DNA of 64,000 nt, from the NCBI GenBank assembly GCA_964016885.1, contig OZ024741.1, positions 73,408,001-73,472,000 of the forward strand, written 5' to 3'. The translations under genes and the position numbers were made by a program. The notes under the pieces are model-generated. The model made no database searches. It saw nothing but the letters and a program-made list of their open reading frames with translations, and was not told the origin of the DNA. This document shows, piece by piece, positions 43,202 through 56,443 of this stretch (its first letter is position 1; every line of letters starts with the position of its first letter). Source of the DNA: Eledone cirrhosa. Taxonomy: Eukaryota.

Positions 43202-44433
43202 GTGTGTGTGTGTGTACGTATGTGTATGTGTATGTATATGAATGTATGTGTATATGAATGTATGTGTATATGAATGTATATACAAATGTATATATGCATG
43301 CATGTATGTATGTATATGTGTATCTAAGTATGCATGGTCGGGTCGCCGGCGACTAAACCGGCAACTCCACCAAGCTTGCTTGGTGAGGAGGATGATATTT
43401 GGACATCCTGCGGGATGAAGTGCAGGACCCTGCAGGGGGCGGAGAGGCTCAGCGGGGTCAGCGGCCATCCAAATAGTACTTTTTTTTATCTAGGAGAGGG
43501 AAACTCTGAAAAAAAAACTCCAAACCCCCAAAACTGCGGCTTCGGAAGCGTCCGATGATGTTGACCAGTTTTCCTTTTCGGGTGGTGTTTTCGATGCTCA
43601 AAGAGTGGGACTGGTCATGTTCAGGGCCTTTCCCCACTTGAAGAACCTTCAAAGGGCAGGCATTGCTTGTTCGGGATCTGTTGCAGGTTTGTGTGGCTGG
43701 CCGTAGCATAGAAATGCACCATTTTCTGTAATCTGACAAGCGATTGCGATACTCTTGGCAGAGTTTGCAGCCACCATGTATGTGTATGTATGTATGTATG
43801 TATATATATATATATATATGTATGTCAGGTCACCAGTTGGTGCTACTGGTAACATGTATCCCAGTACAACCTGTCTCATGGTCGGGTCGTTGGCGACTAA
43901 ACTGGCAACCCCACCAAGGTTTCTTGGTGAGGAAGGTGACTTTGGACATCCTGCAGGACTAAAAACAAAACCTGTCAAAGGGCAAAGGACCTCTTAAGAG
44001 TCAATCGCCATCCAAAATCACCGGGAGAGATGACCCCTTAGCCTTTGTCAAGGCAGAATTCTAGGAGAAGGAAAACTCTGATATAACACCTGCAACCCTG
44101 ATGGTATCTAATGATGTTGACTTGTTCTTCTTTTTTGGTAAATATCATCTTGGTTAAGAGAGTGGGACTGGCTTTGTGCAGTGCCTTTGCTCACTATAAA
44201 AGCTTCACAACACAGGCATTGCTTTATATCTGTAGATCTCTCTGCACTTGTCGTCACATGGTACCATGGGTCCAGCACTATGTGTCAATAATTGTCACAA
44301 GTGTAGTGTTTGCACCAGAGTTTTCAAGTCGCTGGCTGGTCTAAAAAGTCACACTCGTTCAGCTCATCGGTAGGGGTTCTCCTACATGGATATAAAGTAG
44401 TGGCCGTACTCGAAAACGAGTTGGCAGTCACCA
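42712..44433 (+). mobile_element. Three RTE-derived non-autonomous copies (42712-43120, 43333-43776, 43825-44433) separated by microsatellite
   Basis: Motif CTAGGAGAAGGAAAACTCTGATATAAC. All end in a hairpin plus GCAG(C/T)CAC. The first two are 5'-truncated. Confidence 0.78.
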
Positions 44434-44623
44434 TGTATGTATGAATGTATGTATGTATGTATGTATGTATGTATGTATGTATGTATGTATGTATACATGC
44501 ATGTATGTATGTTTGTATGTATGTATGTATGTATGCATGTATGTATGCATGTATGTATGTATATATGCATGTATGTATGTTTGTATGCATGTATACATAT
44601 TTACACACATAAGCAGGAAGAAA

Positions 44624-44716
<93 letters not shown>

Positions 44717-45151
44717 AATATAGAGGAAAAGTTTCGAATTTCTTCAAATACATCAGTCCACTACCAGGTCTTAGGGTCAAATAATGGAGGTAGCAACGGA
44801 ATGGCTAGTGTGTACATACACATATTTACAAGCATATAATCACACAGACACACATATTATATATACACATTAAGCACCATATTTGATAAACTATTCATAT
44901 ACATACTCATACACATGTGTCCATATACAGCAGATCCCATGGTTTCGCCAACTGATGTCTCTAGAGTAAAGAAATTCAGATAAATTGGCAGTAAAGCGAC
45001 ATCAATTAAATTTCTAAAAACATTCTCTAAAAGATAGAATTATGTCTATGATCAAGGAGGACACGCAGTTTGATGGTGGAGGGAGCAATATATCGCCCCA
45101 CTCCACCATCCCCACACACATACACACACCAATAAATCCGGCCCTGGAAAA

Positions 45152-45380
45152 GAGTGGTGGATTGGCAGTATCGGTAGAGTGTAGGACAACATACTTTGCA
45201 GCATACAGTTACGTCCCTTTACGTTCCGAGTTCAAATCCTGTCGAGCGTAACTGTGCCTGTCATTTTTACGAGGTCGATAAAATATAAAATAAAGTCCGA
45301 GTACCGTACTGAGACCGATTTAATCGATTTTCCTGTTCCCCTTAAATACATAACCATGTGTTAAACGTAGAAATAATTAT
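45152..45380 (+). mobile_element. Meta-type SINE (diverged)
   Basis: TGGCAGTATCGG A box, GAGTTCAAATCC B box, and body. Confidence 0.8.
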
Positions 45381-45477
45381 TAGGCGATGGATTGGCAGTA
45401 ATTGTGCCGGCTCTTTACATTCTGATTTCAAATCCCACCGACTTTGCCTTTCATCCTTTCGGTGCCAATAAAATAAT

Positions 45478-45934
45478 ATACCACTTCTCCAGCCGCAACC
45501 TGGTGCAGTCTGCGACTAACCCAGGTTCTGTTGTATCGGGCTGAGGAAGCCAAACTCTTCAAATACCGGTCACTCTCCGACAGGTTTGCGGTTGTACCCT
45601 TGGCAGTGGAGACTTCTGGTGTACTCGGCCCTACGGCTACCTCCCTACTCACCACCATAGGCGCTGGGCTGGCCAGCCGCAGGTGTGAGCCTCGCGAGCT
45701 GGAATGGCTTTTCCAGCGCATCTCCCTTGCCGTCCTCCGGGGAAATGCCTTCACCATTCTGTCCGCCGGGGCTGTGGGGAGGCCACCGATATGATTGACT
45801 GACTTATCATTTTATCAGTCAGATACTGCTCAGAATATGGTGCGTATTAATTTTTTTTTTTTAATTGTGAGTCCGCTTGCTTGTATATGTGAATACACTA
45901 ACCGTGCTGTTAGGGAGATAACTCTGTTAGCTTC
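45478..45934 (+). mobile_element. CRE-clade non-LTR retrotransposon 3' fragment inserted within a SINE
   Basis: AEEAKLFKY..FAVVPLAVETSGVLG..LFQRISLAVLRGNA is a CRE-type RLE C-terminus. SINE halves at 45383-45477 and 45935-46020 rejoin as AATAAAATAA|TGTACCAGT. Confidence 0.8.
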
Positions 45935-46029
45935 ATGTACCAGTTAAGATCTGGGGTCGATATAAATGACTTCCCGTCTCCAAATGGCAGGCCTTGTGCC
46001 AATGTTAGAAATGATTATTATTACTATTT

Positions 46030-46061
<32 letters not shown>

Positions 46062-46249
46062 TGTAGTTGTTGTTGTTTTTGTTGTTGTAGAAGCAACAGC
46101 AAACAGCTGTCCTAAACCCTGATCAAACTTCATCTCTAATCTGATATGTACTCATTCGCGTGACCCTCAATACTAAGCGGATGTATATGTGCATGTGTGT
46201 GTCTATGTGTGTGTATATGTGTTTCTGTGTGTATGTATGTACGTATGTA

Positions 46250-46547
46250 CGACGGAGTCGTAGGGGCACTGTATTGACATACAGCATTTCTTGAGCATCT
46301 TAAGCCTGGCCGAGCCCATTCCTCTCCAGCCGATTTCTTCCAGAGTTAGATGATAGAAAGTGAGAGAGAGAAATGAGAAAGCGATCTAGAGGAAGAATCG
46401 ACCCCAGTACTAGACAAGTACGTCTTTTTATCGACCTCGAAAGGATGAAAGGCAAAGTTGACCTTGGCGGGATTTGAACTCCGAGAGCCGAAACGAATGC
46501 CATAAAGTATTCTACCTGATGTTCTAACGACTCTGCCAAGTCACCGT
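46250..46547 (-). mobile_element. Meta-type SINE variant with alternative tail
   Basis: Homologous to 16945-17290. Confidence 0.72.
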
Positions 46548-46682
46548 CTGTATGTGGGTATAAATACAGCAAAGACAATAACATCTATGTGCTGGGTGTC
46601 AGAAACAATGAGAGAGTACGCATTAAAACTTAGAGAAAAGACATAGACACACACACACGCATACACATGCACACACACACAC

Positions 46683-46783
46683 ACCACCACCACCACCACC
46701 ACCACCGCGCCACCCTAACCCATCACCATCACCACTACCACCACAACAACTAACAAATATTACTACTGCTGCTGATGCGCTGT

Positions 46784-46852
<69 letters not shown>

Positions 46853-46866
46853 ACTACCACCACCAC

Positions 46867-46915
<49 letters not shown>

Positions 46916-46919
46916 CACC

Positions 46920-46951
<32 letters not shown>

Positions 46952-46988
46952 CACCACCGCTACTACTACTACTACTACTACTACTACT

Positions 46989-47024
<36 letters not shown>

Positions 47025-47031
47025 CACTACC

Positions 47032-47075
<44 letters not shown>

Positions 47076-47085
47076 CACTACCACC

Positions 47086-47141
<56 letters not shown>

Positions 47142-47148
47142 CACTACC

Positions 47149-47188
<40 letters not shown>
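46683..47188. repeat. Compound (CAC)n/(TAC)n microsatellite
   Basis: Direct inspection. Confidence 0.95.
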
Positions 47189-47189
<1 letters not shown>

Positions 47190-47754
47190 CCAGTGTAACT
47201 GTTTACTGAAACAATGTCTGCCCGTCTGATGAACGTTGATGCTATTTTGCCATGCTTGAAATTAATTTCTTTCATTTTTTTTTTATATTCAACCACATCA
47301 CCGTCCTCATCCTTTCCATCTTCCGGAATATAAACAAAATATTAATTTATAACTTTGGTGAGAAAATAATTTTTTTTTTTTTTAAAGCAACAAATTTATC
47401 TAGTTTTATAAATATTTGTAAATATAATTAATCTTCAAAAGACAAACAAGAAAAACTATTCAAAACAAATTAGAATACACAGAGGTATATATTTTATGTT
47501 CGAACATATTCAGCACATTTAGAGATCATTTTCATCAAAAACAAAAAATAATAGTTAGCTCTTCTAAGGTTTCCTTCTGCCATGTGATATACACAGCTAT
47601 TTCTGTGTTTGTACTGTTGCTGTTGCTTAGCGCTAATCAAACAGACCAATGATCAAAGGTGCTCCAGCAGACTTGAATATCTCATTTTACACACACACAT
47701 ACACACACGCACGCGCATGTGCCGAGCAGATACACATCTTGAAAAGACAAGATG

Positions 47755-47985
47755 GTATAAATAAAGATCAGAACAAAGAGGAGGACACCAAGGAGCAGTG
47801 ATAGTCATTGAGAAGGTCACAGAATGTGACGAAAGAGCTTTGTCAGTTAATAATTAAACTATTTTACTCGGTTACTAAACTAACTGATGAATACTTACTC
47901 AACTAATAATAAACTGAAATGAAACTTGGTGGTGCTAATATTTTTATTGGTAGATGAACCCTCCAGAGGTATAGGAATGAATATA
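47755..47985 (+). mobile_element. Penelope-type 3' end related to the 26620 family
   Basis: CAGAACAAAG.GGAGG.CACCAA...GGTCACAGAATGTGACGAAAGAGCTTTG, with a decayed HHR core. Confidence 0.6.
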
Positions 47986-47992
47986 TATATAT

Positions 47993-48533
47993 ATAAGTAT
48001 GTATACGTACATACATATATGTATACAAACGTACAGTAGTATGTATATTACCGCTGAGTAGCCAATTTGCATATCGAGTGGGTTAATCGGCCGGGTGCAC
48101 CGAAAACGATAAACAGGAAAAAATGAAACGAAATTTCATTTCCCACTCTTAGTACGGCTGTTACTTAAATATTAGCCGTTAATATGCATAAGGTAAGTAT
48201 ATATGTTCTACAATCTGGCAGGAAGGTATACGTTGCTGACGATAGCTAATACGCTTGAAACTAGTACAGCGTTCTTTTGTCAGTGTTGAACAACGAGCAA
48301 CGATGGTTGCTGGACACTACGGCTTAATACGGGATGTTTGTTTACAAACACACGAGCATTATAATAAATGTTCGGTGAATCCATACGTACATATATATAT
48401 ATGTGTGCATGTATGTATATATATATACATACTACTGTACGTCTGTATACATATATGTATGTATGTGTACATACTTATATTTAAGTAACAGCCGTACTAA
48501 GAGTGGGAAATGAAATTTCGTTTATTTTTTTCC

Positions 48534-48584
<51 letters not shown>

Positions 48585-48635
48585 GTGTGGGTGTGTGTGT
48601 GTGTATGTATATGTATATGTGTGTGTATATATATA

Positions 48636-48686
<51 letters not shown>

Positions 48687-48860
48687 TATACATACACACA
48701 CACACCCACACACACCATATATATATATAAACGGAAAAAAATAAACGAAATTTCATTTCCCACTCTTAGTACGGCTGTTACTTAAATATAAGTATGTACA
48801 CGTACATACATATATGTATACAGACGTACAGTAGTATGTATATATATATACATACATGCA
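47993..48860. mobile_element. Cluster of rearranged copies of the ~425-nt HHR-bearing non-coding family
   Basis: Segments match 58445-58930 in both orientations. Terminal motif GAAATTTCATTTCCCACTCTTAGTACGGC occurs three times. Confidence 0.78.
48231..48271 (+). ncRNA. Type I hammerhead ribozyme
   Basis: CGTTG-CTGACGA-tAGCtaatacGCTt-GAAA-CTAG-TA-CAGCG, with a GUA cleavage triplet and palindromic ACTAGT stem III. Confidence 0.82.
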
Positions 48861-48862
48861 CT

Positions 48863-48911
48863 GATTCCTGATGATTTCTAATGAATGAAACAGTTCTAGT
48901 CCTGTAGAATC
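48863..48911 (+). ncRNA. Type I hammerhead ribozyme with a conventional stem III
   Basis: GATTC-CTGATGA-tTTCtaatGAAt-GAAA-CAG ttctagtc CTG-TA-GAATC. Confidence 0.72.
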
Positions 48912-48924
48912 TCATCTATATTAA

Positions 48925-48968
<44 letters not shown>

Positions 48969-48998
48969 TGTGGTTGTGTGTGTGTATGTATATGTATA

Positions 48999-49052
<54 letters not shown>

Positions 49053-49072
49053 GCTGTGTGTGTGTATGTATA

Positions 49073-49142
<70 letters not shown>

Positions 49143-49148
<6 letters not shown>

Positions 49149-49905
49149 GAGATAAGCGGAGCAAGTAAGATTCAAACAATATTTTAAAATAAATTAAAAA
49201 TTAAAAAATATAATTTAAATATTTACCTATTCCATTTGCTTTTACCGACGGTTTCACCTTACAAAAGACTGGAAACCCTAGGGACTTCCAATCGAAATGT
49301 TCGGATCATCAGAGAGCAATTTTCCTTACCTAGGACAAAATCCCGGGAACGGCATAATATATTGCCATCTGCCAGCTAGCACAGGATCGAATGAGGCCGT
49401 AAACTTGACCTGTGCATGAACCAGCCTTTAGTAGAAGCGAAAGTAAACATAGACGTGTTGTCTATCACGCCACTAAAAATAGCAGCTAACTAAAACAACG
49501 GATTTGTTCTCTACATAACGGAGATTATAAAAAGAGGTTAATATCCCCACAGGTACTAAGTACCCTGGAAATATATAGGGTGTCTATGAATCAGTGGTTG
49601 TTCTATGGTATTAATTTGACATACCAAAGGAAAATACTTTCTGATGATCCGAATATTTCCATTGGAAGTCCCTAGGGATCTCCAATCTCTTGTGAGGTGA
49701 AACCGTCGGTAAAAGCAAATGGAATAGGTAAATATTTAAATTACATTTTTCAATTTATTAAAAAAAAATTGTTTGAATCTTACTTGCTCCGCTTATCTCA
49801 ATTTTATAGTTCTGGTATGTCACATTAATACCATAGAACCACCACTGTATCATAGACACCCTATATATTTCCAGGGGTACTTAGTACCTGTGGGGATATT
49901 AACCT

Positions 49906-49908
<3 letters not shown>
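49143..49908. mobile_element. Non-coding HHR-bearing element (unit ~495 nt) present as an inverted pair in (TA)n
   Basis: Minus copy 49143-49626 and plus copy 49627-49908. Each has CTGATGA-tcc...ggt-GAAA-CCGTCGG-TA-AAAG(CAA). Confidence 0.75.
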
Positions 49909-49983
<75 letters not shown>

Positions 49984-49987
<4 letters not shown>

Positions 49988-50142
49988 GTAAACAGAAATA
50001 GCAACACAATTGTTACAGTATATGGAAGGAATATATTAGGTTAACGCTTGAAATCGCAGGAAGAGGGTATTAACGTTTTGGACGCTATTCCTTCATCAGA
50101 AGAAAGAATGAGAAATTAGAAAGATAAAGGGGACGGGCAGGG
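49984..50142 (-). mobile_element. Penelope-type terminus with degenerate minimal HHR (family of 57127-57288)
   Basis: Reverse complement CTGATGAAGGAATAGCGTCC(A)AAACGTTAA; the sister copy reads CT(A)ATGAAAGACTAGACTCCGAAACATCAA. The downstream ~90 nt align. Confidence 0.62.
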
Positions 50143-50654
50143 CCGAATCGGAAAAAATGTTTTTAGAGAAAAATAACAGGTCCATTCATATTGCCATATG
50201 GATATATATATATGAGACAAAGACAGACGCATAGAGAATTCCCGTTCATCAGCTGGCAAATGAGTGTCATCGTTTTTTCGGGTACTTCAAAAACATATTA
50301 CTCTTCCCAAACTATATATGAATATATAACCTTGGCTAAATTTTATCTGAATCTTCCCTTACGGACTCCCTGTGATAATGGGTGGTAAATCCGAAATATT
50401 TTGGAAATAATAAATTACTAAGGTAACTTTCAACCCACGCAGTCAGAGTAAAATTTGGTAGACGGCAATTATACAGAAATAAGTCGTATAAGTATATTTG
50501 TGTGTGTTTGTGTGTGTGTTGAGAGGGAAGTATGTGGCTATAACTGTTTCTTATGTTTTCTCTAACTTAATGATTGGTCAAACAGAGATCAATAAAATAA
50601 GCGACAGACTTGAAAGGCAATGCTCCATCATTGCTTCAGCCTAATGACAAAAAA

Positions 50655-50710
<56 letters not shown>

Positions 50711-50713
50711 ATG

Positions 50714-50823
<110 letters not shown>

Positions 50824-50826
50824 ATG

Positions 50827-50893
<67 letters not shown>

Positions 50894-51116
50894 GATATTA
50901 AATAAATGGAAACTATATTTATAAAACCATATTTATTTCATTATATATATTTCAGGGATATCATATTAACAATATGCTATGCCTTCCTCAGACAAAATAC
51001 AATATAAACAGTTTTATAGATAAATAGATTTGACATACCGTACAACATCGACTTGTATTTGAAAAGTTGAATTGGCAGTGAAAAAATTGTAAACAGAAAT
51101 AAAACTGTTTATATTG

Positions 51117-51182
51117 TATTTTGTCTGAGGAAGGCATAGCATATTGTTAATATGATATCCCTGAAATATATATAATGAAATA
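51117..51182 (+). ncRNA. Minimal type I hammerhead ribozyme in pLTR (copies at 54977-55042 on plus and ~50933-50998 on minus)
   Basis: TATTTTGT-CTGAGGA-AGG...CCT-GAAA-TATATA-TA-ATGAAATA. Stem I is 8 bp with two G-U pairs. Confidence 0.8.
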
Positions 51183-51360
51183 AATATGGTTTTATAAATA
51201 TAGTTTCCATTTATTTAATATCGTAAATATACTCCAAATACTTGTCGAGTGCTTTTATATCAGTTATTAATATTTACTAGTTGTAACCCAACAATTTAAA
51301 TATAACTTTCCATGTATCTTGCTCCAATACTGTTGAGCGCTTTATATTATAACTGAAAAA

Positions 51361-53583
51361 ATGGAATTCTTTAAGATTACTTCCTCTTTAAAAGACATAC
51401 CTCTACCTAGAAACAAAGACTTTATAAAACAATTAATAGATAAATCTGACTCTTTTATAAGGAGAATCAGGTGGCGAGCATTCCACTTTGATAAATCTAA
51501 TATAAATGAAAATGTCTCGGACTTAAACAAAGTTTTCAAATCTAAAAGAAATCCACCCCCTAACAAACTTTTATCTGACTTTGAAAACGATATAATTTCT
51601 ATCATACAAGGGGTCAAATTCAAGAGAAACTTCAAAGGCCAGGAATATCTGAAAGCCATTAAGGATAATATTGAGAGCTTAGAGAAAACTGAGAAGATCT
51701 TGGTGAAATCTGACAAGACCAACAACCTCTATGGAGTGCAGAAAGACATGTATAATGGCCTCATACTGAAGGAACTGAGGAAAAAGTACAAGGTAGCAGA
51801 TAAGGCCGAGCTTGAGAAAATGAATGTCAAAGCATCTTGTATAATGCACGAGTTGGAAATTGAGAACAGAACACAACCTTTCGTGCCCAGGAAACCGAAG
51901 ATCAATATGAAAGATCACAAGAGGTATTTTGAAAATGACTTGCCTGTTAGATTGATCGCACCATCAAAATCGGACCTGGGCAAATTAAGCAAAAACATTC
52001 TTGACAGGGTGATACAGCAAATTAAGAACTTGGATTGTTTATCTAACCTGAGCTTGTGGAAGGGAACTGGAGAGGTTGTTGAGTGGTTTAAGCAAATTAA
52101 ATATAACAATAATAATAAGTTTATTCAACTTGATATTGCTAACTATTATTCTTCTATTACCCCTAATCTACTAAATAAGGCACTAAATTACGCATTCAAA
52201 CATACAGACCTAACTAGCAATGAAATGCATATTATATTATCGGCTAGGAAAACATTGATAGAATTTAATGACCAACTATGGACCAGAGCAGATAGAGATA
52301 GCAATTTTGACATTACTATGGGATCATCCGACTCAGCTCAGGTAACTGACCTTGTTGGCTTATTTTTAATCAATTCGCTACATAGGAAAATACCTGGTAC
52401 TACCGGAGGTTTATATAGAGATGACATGCTTTTACTTATTGATAATAATAACTCTGAACTAAATAGAAAATGTAAACAAATTACACAATTTTTTAATTAC
52501 TTTAATCTTAAAATAGAAATTGAGAACAACCATAGAATAGTCAATTTCCTAGATATAACATTAAATCTCAACACATGTCTTCACTATCCTTTTCACAAGT
52601 TGAATGAAAACTTAAACTATGTCAGCTTTAACTCTAACCACCCCAGATCTGTCAAAAACACTATACTAAACTCTGTTCAAAAACGTATCTCTAGAATCTC
52701 GTCTAATAGAAAGATTTTCGACGAAAAAGCCCAGTACTACAATGAAGCGTTAGCTAGAGCAGGATATACTGATAAGATTATGTACATAGATAATGATAGA
52801 CAAACTAAACAAAATAACAACTATTTTAATTACGGCAACAACCTTAACAACTATAATAGAAAGCATTACAATAATTCCAAGGGCCAAAAAAGAAATAGAA
52901 CTAGGAACATAATTTGGTTTGCCCCCCCCCCCCCCCCTTTCTCACTAAACATTAAAACCCACATCGCTAAACTATTTTTTAAAGCTCTTGATAATCGCTT
53001 CCCTAGAACACATAGGTATCACTCAATTTTCAATAGACATACTATAAAATTAACCTACTCATCCACCAAAAATTTAGCACAAAATATTAATAGAATAAAT
53101 AATAGGAACTTAAAACCTAGTGATAATAGCATAAATAATATACAAGTTAACAAATGTAACTGTAGAGATAGATCTAAATGTCCGTTAAATAACAACTGCT
53201 TAGTTAAAAATATAGTATACAATTGTAATGTTAAAACTGATTCTAATTCTTTTAACTACGTCGGTTCCACATCGACGGAATTTAAACTTCGCTATAATAA
53301 CCACAAGAATTCTTTCACAGATCCAAGCAAAAAATCTTCAACGGCACTATCAGGCGTACTCTGGCAACTTAAGCTAGATAACGTTAGATATTCGACGGCT
53401 TGGAATATAGTCTCAAGAGGGATTCCTTTTAATTCATCCTCTGAGACATGTGACCTCTGCGCAGAGGAGATATTCTTTATACTAAAATCTAAAAATTCCC
53501 TTAATCTACGGACAAATTTATTCAGTTGCTGCAAACATAGATTAAACTCAACTTTTAAATATAAATTTAAATTTAAAATGTAG
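51361..53583 (+). CDS. Penelope-type reverse transcriptase plus GIY-YIG endonuclease (740 aa)
   Basis: KSDKT, PVRLI, QLDIANYYSSI, ITMGSSDSAQVTDL, GLYRDD, VNFLDITL, SNHP, CNCRDRSKCPLNNNC, IVY..NYVGST..FKLRYNNH, CDLCAEE, CKHR. Confidence 0.95.
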   Translation: MEFFKITSSLKDIPLPRNKDFIKQLIDKSDSFIRRIRWRAFHFDKSNINENVSDLNKVFKSKRNPPPNKLLSDFENDIISIIQGVKFKRNFKGQEYLKAIKDNIESLEKTEKILVKSDKTNNLYGVQKDMYNGLILKELRKKYKVADKAELEKMNVKASCIMHELEIENRTQPFVPRKPKINMKDHKRYFENDLPVRLIAPSKSDLGKLSKNILDRVIQQIKNLDCLSNLSLWKGTGEVVEWFKQIKYNNNNKFIQLDIANYYSSITPNLLNKALNYAFKHTDLTSNEMHIILSARKTLIEFNDQLWTRADRDSNFDITMGSSDSAQVTDLVGLFLINSLHRKIPGTTGGLYRDDMLLLIDNNNSELNRKCKQITQFFNYFNLKIEIENNHRIVNFLDITLNLNTCLHYPFHKLNENLNYVSFNSNHPRSVKNTILNSVQKRISRISSNRKIFDEKAQYYNEALARAGYTDKIMYIDNDRQTKQNNNYFNYGNNLNNYNRKHYNNSKGQKRNRTRNIIWFAPPPPPFSLNIKTHIAKLFFKALDNRFPRTHRYHSIFNRHTIKLTYSSTKNLAQNINRINNRNLKPSDNSINNIQVNKCNCRDRSKCPLNNNCLVKNIVYNCNVKTDSNSFNYVGSTSTEFKLRYNNHKNSFTDPSKKSSTALSGVLWQLKLDNVRYSTAWNIVSRGIPFNSSSETCDLCAEEIFFILKSKNSLNLRTNLFSCCKHRLNSTFKYKFKFKM

Positions 53584-55328
53584 TATATTTAGTTTGATTT
53601 ATAATTATTTGGGAAACTAGCCGATAAATCTTTCGATTTCTTCTTTTTATTCTTCTTTTTATTTTTATTTTTATTTTTATTTTTATTTTTATTTTTATTT
53701 TTATTTTTATTTTTATTTTTATTTAAACATTCTTTATTTAAACATTCTTCATGGAAAATTAAACTACCCTAAAAGTTGATGCTCCAAATATTTCGAATAA
53801 ACGTTACACTAGATAAACTTCTATATTAAATATAAGAACACATGTAGACCAAATGGGCATCCTAAAGTTTTTGAAATGATTTTTGCTAGATGCGATTTGA
53901 TAAATAATTTTTAGCTTTATCTGTTTTCGACTCTGATGCTTATAATGAACTTGGCAATATATTGTCAATTAATTTTGAAGGGTTGATCTTTGTGGTTTAT
54001 TTTTATTATTGTAGTATTTTCTAATATTTTTATTTTTAATATGTAATATTTTTAATATGTAATATTTTTTCGTAATATTTTTTAGTTTTCTATTTTATTA
54101 TTATTTATTTATTATTATTATTATTATTATTGTTGTTTTTTGGTTTTTGTTTCTGATATATTTTTTATTAATATATTGAAATCTGCTCTCTATTTCTGCT
54201 TGATAGATAATCTTGTAGAGTAAAGACAAGAATAGTAGTAATATAGACTCTATATATATATGTGTATATATATACACATATGTGTATACTTAAATTTTTA
54301 TAGCACAATGAGAATGTTTTCCGTGTGAACTTAGGGTTTGCAGAGTTGATCATGTAAATTCACATCGATGTTTGTAGTTATCATATAAACATATGATTTT
54401 TTTAAAACTAAACATAAGATCATTACTTTTCACACATTATGGATACGTGTCTCATTCAGGAATACTGATATTTTCAATATAGTGCCTGGTTTTTATACAT
54501 ATTAATACTTCTACATTAAAACATAGGGTTTTTATGCCTCGCCTATGTCTGGTTACTTTTCATTTTTCTCTCTATATAACAGCTGGTTTCTCTCCTAACC
54601 ACATATATCTCCCTTACATTAATACTAGAGCTAAATAAATAAATAAATAAATAAATGTATCATTGATACGTTTACTCAACGGATGTCCAACTACATATTT
54701 TTCTATATATATATCTATCTCTATCTATTTCCTCTCTCTATATATATCTCTCTCTGTTTCTTTACATGAAGTTCTTCTCTTTATCTATCTTTCCATCTCT
54801 CTATTTTGTTCCATGCATTTCTTCTTTTTCTTCTTTTTCTTCGTTTTCTGTCTTTCTTTTCTTTTTTCTCTCTTTCTTTCTGTTTACAATTTTTTCACTG
54901 CCAATTCAACTTTTCAAATACAAGTCGATGTTGTACGGTATGTCAAATCTATTTATCTATAAAACTGTTTATATTGTATTTTGTCTGAGGAAGGCATAGC
55001 ATATTGTTAATATGATATCCCTGAAATATATATAATGAAATAAATATGGTTTTATAAATATAGTTTCCATTTATTTAATATCGTAAATATACTCCAAATA
55101 CTTGTCGAGTGCTTTTATATCAGTTATTAATATTTACTAGTTGTAACCCAACAATTTAAATATAACTTTCCATATATATATATATATATATATGTATGTA
55201 TATGTATATGTATATGTATATACATATATTGCGAAGTACATCTACCTATCTTATTATTGATAAAGATTATTTTATCTGTGAGTATTACTATGGTAATACC
55301 TCAGTTAGTATTAAATCTGAAGTGAAAA

Positions 55329-55364
<36 letters not shown>

Positions 55365-55484
55365 TTCTGCAATTATACACATGAGATTACTTCTCTCTCT
55401 CTCTCTCTCTCTCTCTCAATCTCTACATTTCTCTCTACCCATTTCTTTCTTTCTCTACCTCTATCTACCTAATAAATTTATATA

Positions 55485-55574
<90 letters not shown>

Positions 55575-55785
55575 TGTACAAATGAAAAAGTAGCATTCAG
55601 TACATTAGTTAGAAGTTTTATCTATAGGTAAGTAGTTCATGATCCACTAGTACAGTACATTACTGAAAGTTTTACACACTCGAAACGCGTGTGATCTTTC
55701 AGGTACCTTTCATAAAAACCATCTGTTTTATTCACACACACACACACGTACATATATACATACATACATATATATATATCTGTGA

Positions 55786-56246
<461 letters not shown>

Positions 56247-56385
56247 CATACATTATTAATTTATTTATTTATATATGCGTGTCAGGTATGTTTTTACCTG
56301 TTTAGTATTAACAGACGCGAGAATGAGTACACAATACCATTGTAGAAATTAATAGTTCTATATGCCTTCATAAAGGTTTCTTGAG

Positions 56386-56443
<58 letters not shown>

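Larger units (their letters stand above)
50891..55173 (+). mobile_element. Apparently full-length Penelope-like retroelement (Naiad-type) with direct pLTRs and an inverted 5' arm
   Basis: Direct repeats 51101-51313 and 54961-55173 appear identical. Inverted arm 50891-51100. Intact ORF. Inserted in (TA)n. Confidence 0.93.

Noticed and set aside
51361-53583. Selenocysteine recoding as in some Naiad elements
   Set aside because: The ORF has ordinary Cys codons, no in-frame UGA, and ends at TAG.
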